The notes under the pieces were generated by a model. That model had not been told where the DNA came from. It searched no databases and worked only from the letters and a program-made list of their open reading frames with translations. A stretch of DNA of 64,000 nt, from positions 1-64,000 of IMG/VR virus record IMGVR_UViG_3300043395_001987; one strand, written 5' to 3'. Positions within the stretch are counted from its first letter, which is position 1. Each line of letters opens with the position of its first letter. Shown in pieces: positions 9,556-19,489 of the stretch. The translations under genes were made by a program, and so were the position numbers. The stretch comes from an uncultured virus (IMG/VR IMGVR_UViG_3300043395_001987). Taxonomy: Duplodnaviria > Heunggongvirae > Uroviricota > Caudoviricetes.

Positions 9556-11346
9556 TTATCTTTTAAAGACTGTTTTTTCAGCTCGAGCTTTATCTAATTC
9601 ATCTCTGAAGAATTTAATTTTTTCAGTCTTCAAATCTTCTTTGCCATATCTTCCTGGTTTATGAACTTGCACAAGCATCTTAGTACTTAATATGATATTG
9701 CTAAGATGATTCATTCCATATTCTAATTGAGATCTCAAAGCATCGGGTTCAACCTTATCTTTATTTTTTTCAATCAGATTATGCCAAGCATCTGTATATT
9801 CATATTCAACATCCACCAATTCAATATCAACATCATTTAAGAAAGCAAGATAAGAATCGGAACTTCCCGCTAGAATTTTTTCATAATTTAATTTCATATC
9901 AAACATTCTAATAGTGCTTGGTGTAATAGTTCTTACATGTGATGGGTCATCCCAATAAATTTCACAACGATGATGTGGAACTTGAATTTCCCATAGTGCA
10001 CCATTATCAGAGATTCTATACATCTCCTTAATGATATCAGTAAATGATACACCATCATGACCAAGATGCTCAAGAATATCTTTAGCAACAATGTGCATAT
10101 ATTCATCATCAGGCCATGGCCATTTTTTAGAATTTAGATCAACAACTTCATCTGGATTGCAAATTTCTGAGTAGTCAACATTATGGAAATCATCAAACTT
10201 TTTAAATCCACAACCAATATTCAATCTTCTTACTTCTTTATCTCTTGAAGGAAGATCAACATGTTCAAGATTAAACTTTCTTTCTAGTTCTTTATAAAGA
10301 ATTTGGAAGGTGTTATTCCATACATCTTTTTGTTCTTGTCTAAAGAGAGTAACACTTTCATAGTAAGGTGTCTTAATAGAATAAGGTGCATTCAAAGCCC
10401 ACGTGTGATAAGGTAACAATGGAGTTATAATCCATGTTTCTTTACCAAGAGCTGCAGAGGCATGAGCTACTGCTGTGCAACTTGTAATAACTAAATCTAA
10501 ATTAGAAATAGCAGCAAGTGTATCATCCCAGGTATTGATTTGATCTTTAAGGTCAATAATTTCTTCCGGAAGATTTACAAGATTGTTATCACGTTGTAAA
10601 GAATATAATTGAATTTCTTTATATTCAGAAAGTTGTGTTAAGAAATTAACTGGAAATCTTCTGAATTGCTGATGTTCAAATTTAGGATTACCAGCCCATC
10701 TAATACCAACTTTATATTTCTTATCCGTCTTAATAATATCTTTCCAGCTTTCTACCATATCAGGTAAAGCAGTCAAATAGGGATTACCAGGAAAATCTTC
10801 AAATGTATATCCACAAATCCATCCTGCACTAAATCCTGGAATCCAGAAATCATGAGGAACAGTATTTGATTCCATTCTGGAAATACATTTTTCAACACCG
10901 TCAATTCTTGAGATAATAGAAGCAAGCTGAGGATCACAAGCTACATAAACATGATTTGCTTTAAGTTTACGCTTGAGTGATGTTGCAAATCTTGCATGAA
11001 TCAATTCATCACCGAGACCACCTTCAAGTGATAGAATAATATTCTTGCCTTCTAAAGAATGTTCATTTGGATTATAGATTGGTGCTGTAGTTCTTAGTGG
11101 AGGACTGCCGTAGACATTAATGAATCTACCATTTTCTAACAATTCACAACCTTCACGATATTTGTTCTGTTGTAACAAAAACCATCCACGATTGAAGCTG
11201 TGTCGAATCCACATTTCAGGATTTGGTTTGCCTTCAGGATCTAATATACCCTGAGGTCCTAAGCTTTGCAATTCTTCTGAAATTTTCCAGGCTTCATCAA
11301 ACTTGCCTTCAAGCATCAATTTAAGTTGTAAATCAATCTTATGCAT
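9556..11346 (-). CDS. GT-B (GT9/heptosyltransferase-like) glycosyltransferase fused to a class I SAM methyltransferase
   Basis: TPR remnant, then EGGLGDE...RF, VGIRWAGNP, YSLQ, DTLAAI.NLDLVIT.CTAVAH.S.ALG, Y.S.TLFRQ. C-terminal LNIGCG...LEH...EMYR...DDP.H methyltransferase. Confidence 0.75.
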   Translation of the reverse strand: MHKIDLQLKLMLEGKFDEAWKISEELQSLGPQGILDPEGKPNPEMWIRHSFNRGWFLLQQNKYREGCELLENGRFINVYGSPPLRTTAPIYNPNEHSLEGKNIILSLEGGLGDELIHARFATSLKRKLKANHVYVACDPQLASIISRIDGVEKCISRMESNTVPHDFWIPGFSAGWICGYTFEDFPGNPYLTALPDMVESWKDIIKTDKKYKVGIRWAGNPKFEHQQFRRFPVNFLTQLSEYKEIQLYSLQRDNNLVNLPEEIIDLKDQINTWDDTLAAISNLDLVITSCTAVAHASAALGKETWIITPLLPYHTWALNAPYSIKTPYYESVTLFRQEQKDVWNNTFQILYKELERKFNLEHVDLPSRDKEVRRLNIGCGFKKFDDFHNVDYSEICNPDEVVDLNSKKWPWPDDEYMHIVAKDILEHLGHDGVSFTDIIKEMYRISDNGALWEIQVPHHRCEIYWDDPSHVRTITPSTIRMFDMKLNYEKILAGSSDSYLAFLNDVDIELVDVEYEYTDAWHNLIEKNKDKVEPDALRSQLEYGMNHLSNIILSTKMLVQVHKPGRYGKEDLKTEKIKFFRDELDKARAEKTVFKR

Positions 11347-11371
11347 ATTCTACTCCATAATATATTCATAT

Positions 11372-11400
11372 AATATATGATAAATTTGTATAAAAATCAA
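11372..11400 (-). promoter_or_regulatory. Sigma70-type promoter for the GT9-MTase/GT25 pair
   Basis: On the minus strand TTGATT-17 bp-TATATT, then GGAG RBS and ATG at 11346. Confidence 0.55.
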
Positions 11401-11408
11401 GGAAAAAA

Positions 11409-14400
11409 TTATCTGGAACTTACAAATACTGTTGCTGAATCTCTCGTTGAGCTAGCAAATATTGACACCCACTTATTAGAAGTTCCAATTTGAACAGGTG
11501 TTGTTTTCCATGCAGCTGTTGCATTGTCACCTGCTAAACCATATGAATTCTTACCCCATGACCAAAGTGTACCATCAGCTTTAATACCAATTATTGTGTA
11601 ACTAACGTCAGCTGCAACTGTTGAACCAATAGCATAAACTTGTTTCCACTTAGCCGATGAACCAATAATTGTAGGTGAAGATTGTACTGTATTAGTTAAA
11701 ATAGGAGGTCTGAAACCACCTATTCTTCCCCAACCCATTAATAAACCATCATAATTGATACCGAAAATTGATCCTTCACTCGCTGTAATATATTTATAGT
11801 GTTGCATATAATAGTCTTCAGTGTTTTTATATCCTGACTGAATTGAAACAGGAGATCCCTTACCAAATACGTTACCCCACCAATAAACATAATCATCAGC
11901 ACCTATAGCAACACCGACACTTTCACCAATAGATGCTGATTTAAATTTTTGAATGCCAGTTCTGGTTACAGTAGGTTTAGTAATTTGTGTATCTAATCTA
12001 TCATTTTTACCCCATACACCTGTACTATTATCAGTACCCCACTGTAATAAATTGCCGTACACGTCAACACCAATATTTAAATTTTGTATTTGACTAATTG
12101 AAGTAAATGGTGCAAGACCGTTTGGTAGTGTCTGAAGAGTGTTGTTGCTATTTGTAATAGCAGCATTCCAGTGATACTGTAATCCGTTGACATTATTTGC
12201 AAACCCACCATATGCACCCAATTGATTCCATTTAGTTAACCCAAGACTAGTCCAAGAACCTTCCCAACTAGGTAGGCTTAAATTTGTATCAACAATATTA
12301 TAATTATAATGTCCTACCAATGCGTCATATGGTACATATACTCCTCCATGCCATCCTGCAACAGCTAATTTATTATTCTGTGATGGATCTTTAATAAACA
12401 CAAAAGGTTGATCATATGTTCCAGAATCTGAATTATTTTCAGTTCCAAAATTATTTGGACCTAGTGGATATGTTTTAGAAAATTCTAATAATTTTGGCCA
12501 AGGTATTGGTGCACCGGCACTTCCTGAGTAATTATAAATGTTGTTTGCATAACCTGCAATGTTTGTACCAATATTTAATTCTGTTGGTGCTAATTCAGCA
12601 CTCTGAACTGATGCTCTAGAAGTGGCAGTTTTACCATTCATTCTATCTGCCATATATCCAGTGACAAATGCTTTTCCTTCACTATCAAAAAGAATAGATG
12701 TATGGTTAGCACTACACCACACTGAAACCCATTGTGATGCTAAAGCTGTGCCCGCTATACCGGATATACCTACTAAAACTGGTGAAGATCTATTAATTGT
12801 ACTATTATCACCCAATGCTCCTCTACCATTATATCCCCAACCCCAAGCCTGTCCACCAGTATCAATTGCAATATTGTGATACTGGCCTGCTGACATAAAG
12901 GTAAATGAAGTACCCGATTTAACTTGAATTGGTGAAGATTTATTTACTGTAGTACTATCACCAAGTTGTCCCTGATCATTCGTACCCCAAGTCCATAGTT
13001 TACCAAGAGTATCTAATGCTAACGCCCCGGCAGCTCTTGCCTTTACAAGTACAAAACTTGTTCCCGCCATAAGCTGAACAGGTGATGATCTAGAAATAGT
13101 AGTTGTATCACCTAATCTACCATCACCATTATAACCCCAAGCCCACAACTGACCTAAACTATTTAAAGCAAATGTTGTAGCACTACCGGTTACAATATCA
13201 GTCCAATTATTTGCTGTTCCAATTTGAACAGGTGATGATCTGTTAGTTAATGCACCAAGAGTTTGGGCTAATTCACCATTACCATTATATCCCCAACCCC
13301 ATATAGTACCATCAGTTCTAATTCCCACTTTATGAATATTATGACCGGCAAATTTACTCCATTTACCAGGCAATTTTCTAAAATATGAAAATGTAGGACG
13401 AGATAACTGAGTTGCTGCTATAACATCAAGATCCACGTTAAAAGATAAAGACTCACCATAACCATCATATCCCTTAAACCACAAATCATCATTATTATCA
13501 ACAACAAATATACTTTCGTAGTTAATTACAGTTCTTGATGATATCTGCTTAACTGACAAATCTTGACTATAAAGTACATCAAATCCATTTATATCGTTAC
13601 AATATGTCCATGTATCCCAATTTGATGTATAACGACCATGTCCTAAACCTTTGAATCCTAAGAAACCACCTGAGGGATGATTATATCCTGAAGCTATGAC
13701 TCTACCATCAACAGTTAGACCAAAGAAATTAGTATCATTGCCAGCAATAGCAGTAAAACTTGAACCAGCAAAAATTTGAACTGGTGAATAATACACACTA
13801 TATGGTCCATATTTGGGTTTTATTTCACCACCACTATTTGCTCCCCACCCCCATACTGTACCATCTGATCTTAGTGCAGCCACAGCACTATGTTTAGTCG
13901 CAATAGCAGTATAACTATAAAAATTTAAAGGAACATAATCAAATAAGAAATTATAGATAGTTACGGTGTTGTTATTTTGCCAAGCAAATCTACCCGAGCC
14001 TGAAGATCCTATTAATTTAAGAACACCAGGTTGATCAGATCTTACCAGTCCCTGAACTGATAATAATGCAACACTGCTCACAGCATACACTTGTGTCAAT
14101 GATGATCTTCTACCTAAAGAACCCGTTGGATCTGTACTCCAATCATCACCAAGTGGTTGTGAAGTTGTATTTTCACCTGTTGCCCAAACAGTTCCGTCAC
14201 TACGAAGAGCCCAATATTGTCTACCAGAATAACTATGTGCAACTTGTGTATAAGACGAAGAAGAAATAAGAACAGGGGATGATCTTTGTAATGTAGTACC
14301 ATCACCAACTGATCCTTGGCTGTTTTCACCCCAGGCCCATAATCTACCGTTGATATCAATAGCTGTAGCAGTAGATATACCCGCTTTAACAATAGTAAAT

Positions 14401-16079
14401 GAAGATCCACCAGCAATTTGAATTGGTGAAGATTTGTTTATAGTAGTGTTATCACCAAGTTGACCAACGTGGTTTCTTCCCCAGGCGTATAATTTACCTA
14501 CTGTATCAATTGCATAACTTGAATCAAAGGATACACCAACATAAACAAAACTTGTACCTGCTAAGACTTGTACTGGTGAAGACTTATTAATAGTAGTATT
14601 ATCGCCTACTTGACCATATGCATTATACCCAAATCCCCACAGTTTATAAGTAGAATCAATGGCCATAGTATGAGATGGACCGGTTGCAACAAAATTAAAA
14701 CTAGTACCTGATTTAACTTGAATTGGTGAAGATTTATTTACAGTTGTACTATCACCAAGTTGTCCTAGGTTATTAGAACCCCATATGAATAGTTTACCAT
14801 CTGTTCGAATAGCTGCTGCAATTTTTTCAACATAATTTCCAATAGAAACAAAATTCCAAGATCCTCCGACCTGTGTAGGAGAAGATCGATCAATGGTTGT
14901 ACTCTGACCCAATTGACCTTTATCACTTCCTCCCCACATCCATAATGTATAATCATCTTTGATTGCAGCACAATAATAATCATCGGTTGCTATAGCTCTG
15001 TAGAATTTTGCAGTACCAGAAACATTGTATCCGATCTGCATAGGGCTTTTATAAGATGCAGATCCATATGGGGTTGTTCCATATCCTGACCCCCAGACCC
15101 ACAATCCGTTGTTTGCAGAATCAATAGCAACCGTATGCCCGCCACCAAGATTTGAGGCTAATACAGCTGTCCAGCTTCCTGCAACCTGTGTAGGAGCATT
15201 TCTTAATATGGTTGTACCATCACCAAGAGCATATGTACCATTATATCCCCAACCCCATAATGTTCCATTTGTTCTAAGTGCAACAACATGTGAAGCCCCT
15301 GCATGAACAAAATTATATGAAGCACCTACGTTAATGGCAGTTTCTGTAAGAGCTCCTGAACCAGTACCACCATTACCAATCATGCCAATAGAGTTGTTTC
15401 CTAAAGCATAAAGTTGATAATTGCTGTCAATGTAATGGATCGTTCTATAGCTGGGCGCATACCAAATATAATTAGTTGTTGCGTAGATATATGATTTATT
15501 TGTAACCTGAACAGGTGAAGATCTATTTGTACCTGAATTATCACCAAGTTGATTGTTGTTATTTAAACCCCAGGCCCAAAGTGTACTATCTGATCTGATT
15601 GCAGATGCAGCAGAACCAGATGCATTAATAGAGTTCCATGATCCTGGAACTTGCACTGGTGATGATCTATTGATAGTGGTAATATCACCCAATTGACCAA
15701 CAGTATTTAATCCCCAAGTATAAATTTTACTATTATAATCTAAGGCAACAAAGAAGTTATTACCGGCAACAAGATCTTTAAATTTTGAGGCACTGATCTG
15801 AACTGGTGAAGACCTATCAATGGTTGTATTATCACCCACTTGCCCACTTGAATTTCTTCCCCAACCCCATAATGTACCGTCAGTCTTGATTGCGGCAGCT
15901 GCTTCACCACCATTGACAACTTTTTTCCAAGTACCAGAAATTAAAACAGGACTTGATCTAGTTGCAACACTATAGGTTCCATCCCAGATTTGATAGAAGG
16001 CAGAAGCACCCCAACCATATACGTTGGAGTAACCTACAGTTGAAGAACCATCACCAGCAAGTAAAAAATTATTAAACAT
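11409..16079 (-). CDS. Large RCC1/BLIP-II repeat beta-propeller protein (putative adhesin)
   Basis: About 19 recognisable W.WG.N..GQ(L/V)GD.TT..(R/K)SSP(V/I)Q repeats plus degenerate ones, 1556 aa. Confidence 0.88.
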   Translation of the reverse strand: MFNNFLLAGDGSSTVGYSNVYGWGASAFYQIWDGTYSVATRSSPVLISGTWKKVVNGGEAAAAIKTDGTLWGWGRNSSGQVGDNTTIDRSSPVQISASKFKDLVAGNNFFVALDYNSKIYTWGLNTVGQLGDITTINRSSPVQVPGSWNSINASGSAASAIRSDSTLWAWGLNNNNQLGDNSGTNRSSPVQVTNKSYIYATTNYIWYAPSYRTIHYIDSNYQLYALGNNSIGMIGNGGTGSGALTETAINVGASYNFVHAGASHVVALRTNGTLWGWGYNGTYALGDGTTILRNAPTQVAGSWTAVLASNLGGGHTVAIDSANNGLWVWGSGYGTTPYGSASYKSPMQIGYNVSGTAKFYRAIATDDYYCAAIKDDYTLWMWGGSDKGQLGQSTTIDRSSPTQVGGSWNFVSIGNYVEKIAAAIRTDGKLFIWGSNNLGQLGDSTTVNKSSPIQVKSGTSFNFVATGPSHTMAIDSTYKLWGFGYNAYGQVGDNTTINKSSPVQVLAGTSFVYVGVSFDSSYAIDTVGKLYAWGRNHVGQLGDNTTINKSSPIQIAGGSSFTIVKAGISTATAIDINGRLWAWGENSQGSVGDGTTLQRSSPVLISSSSYTQVAHSYSGRQYWALRSDGTVWATGENTTSQPLGDDWSTDPTGSLGRRSSLTQVYAVSSVALLSVQGLVRSDQPGVLKLIGSSGSGRFAWQNNNTVTIYNFLFDYVPLNFYSYTAIATKHSAVAALRSDGTVWGWGANSGGEIKPKYGPYSVYYSPVQIFAGSSFTAIAGNDTNFFGLTVDGRVIASGYNHPSGGFLGFKGLGHGRYTSNWDTWTYCNDINGFDVLYSQDLSVKQISSRTVINYESIFVVDNNDDLWFKGYDGYGESLSFNVDLDVIAATQLSRPTFSYFRKLPGKWSKFAGHNIHKVGIRTDGTIWGWGYNGNGELAQTLGALTNRSSPVQIGTANNWTDIVTGSATTFALNSLGQLWAWGYNGDGRLGDTTTISRSSPVQLMAGTSFVLVKARAAGALALDTLGKLWTWGTNDQGQLGDSTTVNKSSPIQVKSGTSFTFMSAGQYHNIAIDTGGQAWGWGYNGRGALGDNSTINRSSPVLVGISGIAGTALASQWVSVWCSANHTSILFDSEGKAFVTGYMADRMNGKTATSRASVQSAELAPTELNIGTNIAGYANNIYNYSGSAGAPIPWPKLLEFSKTYPLGPNNFGTENNSDSGTYDQPFVFIKDPSQNNKLAVAGWHGGVYVPYDALVGHYNYNIVDTNLSLPSWEGSWTSLGLTKWNQLGAYGGFANNVNGLQYHWNAAITNSNNTLQTLPNGLAPFTSISQIQNLNIGVDVYGNLLQWGTDNSTGVWGKNDRLDTQITKPTVTRTGIQKFKSASIGESVGVAIGADDYVYWWGNVFGKGSPVSIQSGYKNTEDYYMQHYKYITASEGSIFGINYDGLLMGWGRIGGFRPPILTNTVQSSPTIIGSSAKWKQVYAIGSTVAADVSYTIIGIKADGTLWSWGKNSYGLAGDNATAAWKTTPVQIGTSNKWVSIFASSTRDSATVFVSSR
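12909..14765. repeat. 63-bp near-identical direct repeat pair (12909-12971 and 14703-14765) inside the RCC1 gene
   Basis: 60/63 identical. Both copies encode GQLGDSTTVNKSSPIQVKSGT. Confidence 0.85.
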
Positions 16080-16080
16080 A

Positions 16081-16569
16081 TTATTCCGGTTTACTAGGCC
16101 ATACTACTTGAGATATATTAGTCAATTCTGTATTTTGATAGGATGCAGGTAGATCTCTTAATTGTTGTCTATAATTTTCCCAAGCTGAATTAAATTCAGG
16201 AGAATTTACTTTTATAACATCAGCTAACTGCGTCCAATCAGATTCTAAAAGTAATCTATTTCTTGCATCCCTTACTTCTTTTAGAATTATAGATTTCAAC
16301 TGTTCTAAAGTATAAATGTCAGTAACATTTGCTTTATTGATAATTTGTTTTACTTTATTATCTTCAAAAACATAAGAAACACCAGTAATAGTTTCTAAAG
16401 TGTGATCAATAGTTATTTCTGAAGATTGTACTTCATACCAACCTAGGTTGTTTAATTCTTCTGTGTTGTTTTCTAATAAATCCAATCCACTAATGTTCCT
16501 CCAAGATTTAGGAAGATCATCATGTAGTTCTACAACATTATTGTTTTCAACATAAGCAAATCTGGACAT
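16081..16569 (-). CDS. Tail fibre assembly chaperone-like protein
   Basis: C-terminal R..RN.LL.ESDWTQL.D...W..YRQ.LRDLP...WP.KP motif. Start moved to MSRF at 16569. Confidence 0.8.
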   Translation of the reverse strand: MSRFAYVENNNVVELHDDLPKSWRNISGLDLLENNTEELNNLGWYEVQSSEITIDHTLETITGVSYVFEDNKVKQIINKANVTDIYTLEQLKSIILKEVRDARNRLLLESDWTQLADVIKVNSPEFNSAWENYRQQLRDLPASYQNTELTNISQVVWPSKPE

Positions 16570-16573
16570 TTTA

Positions 16574-17122
16574 TTACCTACTATCAATCATTGATGCTAT
16601 ACCTCTCCAAGTTGTACCTCCATCATCAGTAACAAATGCAAGTATATCTACACCAGTTGAAAGTACAGGAGCAACAGCACTAGGCCATTTAACTGAAGCT
16701 GGCCATGTTATAGTATAACTTCCCGCTGCTGTTAATTCTAATATAAATGAATAAACTCTTGAAGAAGGTGGAGCGTTGGTAAAAGTAAATGCTGTGGTTG
16801 TTGAAATTGTCTTAGTAAAATAATTTGACAAAGCACAATTAACATTGTTTGTAGAAACTACAGAATATACCTGTGAAAAGTTACCAGTTAAATCTAAATT
16901 TGAAGTTGGTATAGCACTTGATGTACCAATACTAAGTGCTGTTATATTAACGTTAGACATAACAGCATTATTGGCTGGAGCCATAGGAAATCCTCCAACC
17001 TTGGCTCCATCATGAACCACTACAACATCTTTGGTAGTATCAATAGTTATTTCACCGACTGCTCCGGTAAAAGTGCTATGATCAGCTGTTGTTCCGCGTC
17101 TAAATTGTACTTGAGTTGCCAT
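16574..17122 (-). CDS. Fibre adaptor with an Mtd-N-like N-terminal domain
   Basis: MATQVQFRRGTT..H..FTGA.GE.T.DT.K...VVHDG...GG. C-terminal ITWP.SVKW...P.L...D...F.T.DGGTTW domain. Confidence 0.7.
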   Translation of the reverse strand: MATQVQFRRGTTADHSTFTGAVGEITIDTTKDVVVVHDGAKVGGFPMAPANNAVMSNVNITALSIGTSSAIPTSNLDLTGNFSQVYSVVSTNNVNCALSNYFTKTISTTTAFTFTNAPPSSRVYSFILELTAAGSYTITWPASVKWPSAVAPVLSTGVDILAFVTDDGGTTWRGIASMIDSR

Positions 17123-17143
17123 ATTTTTTACCTAATTTTATAA

Positions 17144-17151
17144 TATTTATG
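17144..17151 (-). promoter_or_regulatory. Late promoter-like CATAAATA
   Basis: NATAAATA about 22 bp upstream of the 17122 start. Confidence 0.45.
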
Positions 17152-17341
17152 TGAGAGATCCATAATCATAACTGGAGGTAACTGTACTAGTAGCACCAGT
17201 GATGGTCCCATAATCAACCTGCATAACGCCTGTAAAAGCATTATAGGTGATATTCCAGGAAGTTCCATCCCACGTCCAAGCCGTTAAGCCATTGGTGAAT
17301 GTATCATTAACAGCTGGGCTATCTGGAAAATTAATGGCCAT
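17147..17341 (-). CDS. Minimal 64-aa fibre linker protein
   Basis: MAINFP.SP...W.WDG..W N-terminal module plus two DYG motifs. RBS and late promoter upstream. Confidence 0.7.
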   Translation of the reverse strand: MAINFPDSPAVNDTFTNGLTAWTWDGTSWNITYNAFTGVMQVDYGTITGATSTVTSSYDYGSLT

Positions 17342-17359
17342 GATAAATTCCTTTTTTAA

Positions 17360-17367
17360 TATTTATA
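17360..17367 (-). promoter_or_regulatory. T4-type late promoter TATAAATA
   Basis: Exact consensus in the intergenic gap upstream of 17341. Confidence 0.75.
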
Positions 17368-17376
17368 TTTCAATTT

Positions 17377-19488
17377 TTATTGATCCGGCAATGGAAATTT
17401 AGGAACTCCAAAATTTGAAGTATATTTAGCATATAAACATATAGAAAATTGATCTATAAATCCATTCATGTAAGTAGAACTTGCATCATAACCAATGAAA
17501 GGTCCGTGTGTTATAGATGTATAATCATTTGTATCTGTATAACTAGAACCCCTTTGAATACCGTCTACAAATAATCTAGTAGTTCCTGATGATCTACAAA
17601 CAGCAAAATGATACCATTGACCTAGATTAGGATTAAATCCAGAGTCAATTCTGGTTGCACCATTTGAATAAAACTGAAATGTTGGAGTACTAGTTAAACC
17701 TACAAATAAAGTACCTGTTGAAAAGAATCTAGTACTTGCGGTTTTTGCAGAGAGATTAATCCAAAATTCAATTGTAAAATCACCTTTTCCAAATGCAAAA
17801 ACTGGATTTGCTATATTGTTTGTATGTGTTAAATTCAAATAACCATTTGTACCATTGAAAAATATAGTATTTGAACTAAATTTTTTATTAGTAGAAGAAA
17901 CTATAGCTCCTCCTAGAGTCCTTATGTTTGTTCTACTATTTGCATCATATATTTTTAAATTTGATCCATTTAATAAAAATATAGTATTATTATCACTAGT
18001 TGATGGTTTAGTAGGAAGTGTAAATGAAGGATTTGTATAACGAGCAATACCTTTTGATATTCTTAGATCTGAAATATATCCCTGAAATTTATTTGTTCCA
18101 TCAGTTGCATTATGACCTACTGCTGGTGTGGCAAGGCCTGGTGCTGTAGAATAATCTACTAATGAGGTTGTAGATGCTGAATTGCTTAAAATTCCATTAA
18201 TATATAATCTAATTACCCCATTTTTTCTTGTTACAGCAACATGTACCCACTGCTTTGGAGGAACTAATATTGATCCAGTATTGTGAAAAGTAGTTCCATC
18301 ATAAAATTCAAGAATATAGTTAGCTTTTAATCTAAAATAAAAATTTGATCCAAAAGTAAAAATTACTTGTTGTGTATTAGTTCTCGTAAATACCCAGGCC
18401 TCAACAGTAAAATCTCCTGTGCCCCAATAAACATCAAGGGTAGGCATTTGCAAATTATCACTAGTACCATCAAAATATATACTTCCACCTATATCAGTAT
18501 TAGAATATTGAGAAATTGATTTAGCAAAAGGAGAAAACGAAAAATTTTCTGGTCTATTACCACCATCAGAGAGTGTGGTGTTGCTTGTTCCTTTATCAAG
18601 ATTATTAATACCTGACATTACTAAAAATATAGTATTAGAATCTGCAGTTAAATTTGTTGTTGGAACTGAAAATGTATTACCTGAATATGCAGACGATCCC
18701 TTTATAATTCTAAGATTATTCATAAAACCTTTATAATTATAGTTAGAATATGAATGATATCCAATTAAATTCATCATGTTAAAATTTGTATTATTGAATG
18801 CAGATGCAACTTCTACACCATCTTTATACAATCTTAATGTATTTGATATTCTAGTAACGGCAACATGATACCATTTTGAAATAGTAATTGGAGTAGGATC
18901 AAAAATATAAGTACCTTGAGAACCCTGAACCCTATAACCAACAGCTAACCTATCTGCCCCATCAATAAACACCAAAAAAGCACGATCATTGACCCCTCCT
19001 GCAGGATCTGAGGAAACTATAGGATTTCCAAGAACACTTCCGCTCGCTGATCCTGTATTCTGAGGATATATCCAAACCTCAAATGAAAAATCTCCGGATC
19101 CAAGTGCAATATGATTAAAGGTAAAATAATTACCTCCTAGAAAAGCTCCATTAAAATAAGTTGACCAACCAAATGGGCTATAAGGACTAAATGCTCCTTG
19201 TGCTGCTAAACTAGCTCCTGTCTGAGTTATGGTAACATTTCTTGATGAGCTATCGTAAAAGGCATAATTATTAGATTTATTATCACCAATAGATTTTAAA
19301 AATAGTATATTAGAATTAGATGGTACAACATTATTCAAATTATAATGAACACTGTAATCAGATGGCCATGTGTTACCAATTCTCTGGCTTCTTTCAACAT
19401 CTTTAAGGTTCCACATTCCACTGGCTGAATATTCACCAATGCTTGTGTTTACACCAAGATATCCACCATTTGGTCTAGTTCTTGCCAT
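17377..19488 (-). CDS. LamG/concanavalin A-like lectin protein (three domains)
   Basis: Three GDF(T/S).E.W...W.H.A..R......L(Y/F)..G...GY(I/M)...R units. Confidence 0.85.
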   Translation of the reverse strand: MARTRPNGGYLGVNTSIGEYSASGMWNLKDVERSQRIGNTWPSDYSVHYNLNNVVPSNSNILFLKSIGDNKSNNYAFYDSSSRNVTITQTGASLAAQGAFSPYSPFGWSTYFNGAFLGGNYFTFNHIALGSGDFSFEVWIYPQNTGSASGSVLGNPIVSSDPAGGVNDRAFLVFIDGADRLAVGYRVQGSQGTYIFDPTPITISKWYHVAVTRISNTLRLYKDGVEVASAFNNTNFNMMNLIGYHSYSNYNYKGFMNNLRIIKGSSAYSGNTFSVPTTNLTADSNTIFLVMSGINNLDKGTSNTTLSDGGNRPENFSFSPFAKSISQYSNTDIGGSIYFDGTSDNLQMPTLDVYWGTGDFTVEAWVFTRTNTQQVIFTFGSNFYFRLKANYILEFYDGTTFHNTGSILVPPKQWVHVAVTRKNGVIRLYINGILSNSASTTSLVDYSTAPGLATPAVGHNATDGTNKFQGYISDLRISKGIARYTNPSFTLPTKPSTSDNNTIFLLNGSNLKIYDANSRTNIRTLGGAIVSSTNKKFSSNTIFFNGTNGYLNLTHTNNIANPVFAFGKGDFTIEFWINLSAKTASTRFFSTGTLFVGLTSTPTFQFYSNGATRIDSGFNPNLGQWYHFAVCRSSGTTRLFVDGIQRGSSYTDTNDYTSITHGPFIGYDASSTYMNGFIDQFSICLYAKYTSNFGVPKFPLPDQ

Positions 19489-19489
19489 T

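Noticed and set aside
6272..11346. Host LPS island or bacterial contamination
   Set aside because: The genes abut phage fibre genes with very short gaps, share a divergent region with a T4 late promoter, and lack membrane or export components of LPS loci.
12909..14765. Possible DGR template/variable repeat pair
   Set aside because: Both copies are coding, the three mismatches are synonymous and not adenine-specific to one copy, and no reverse transcriptase is in the window.
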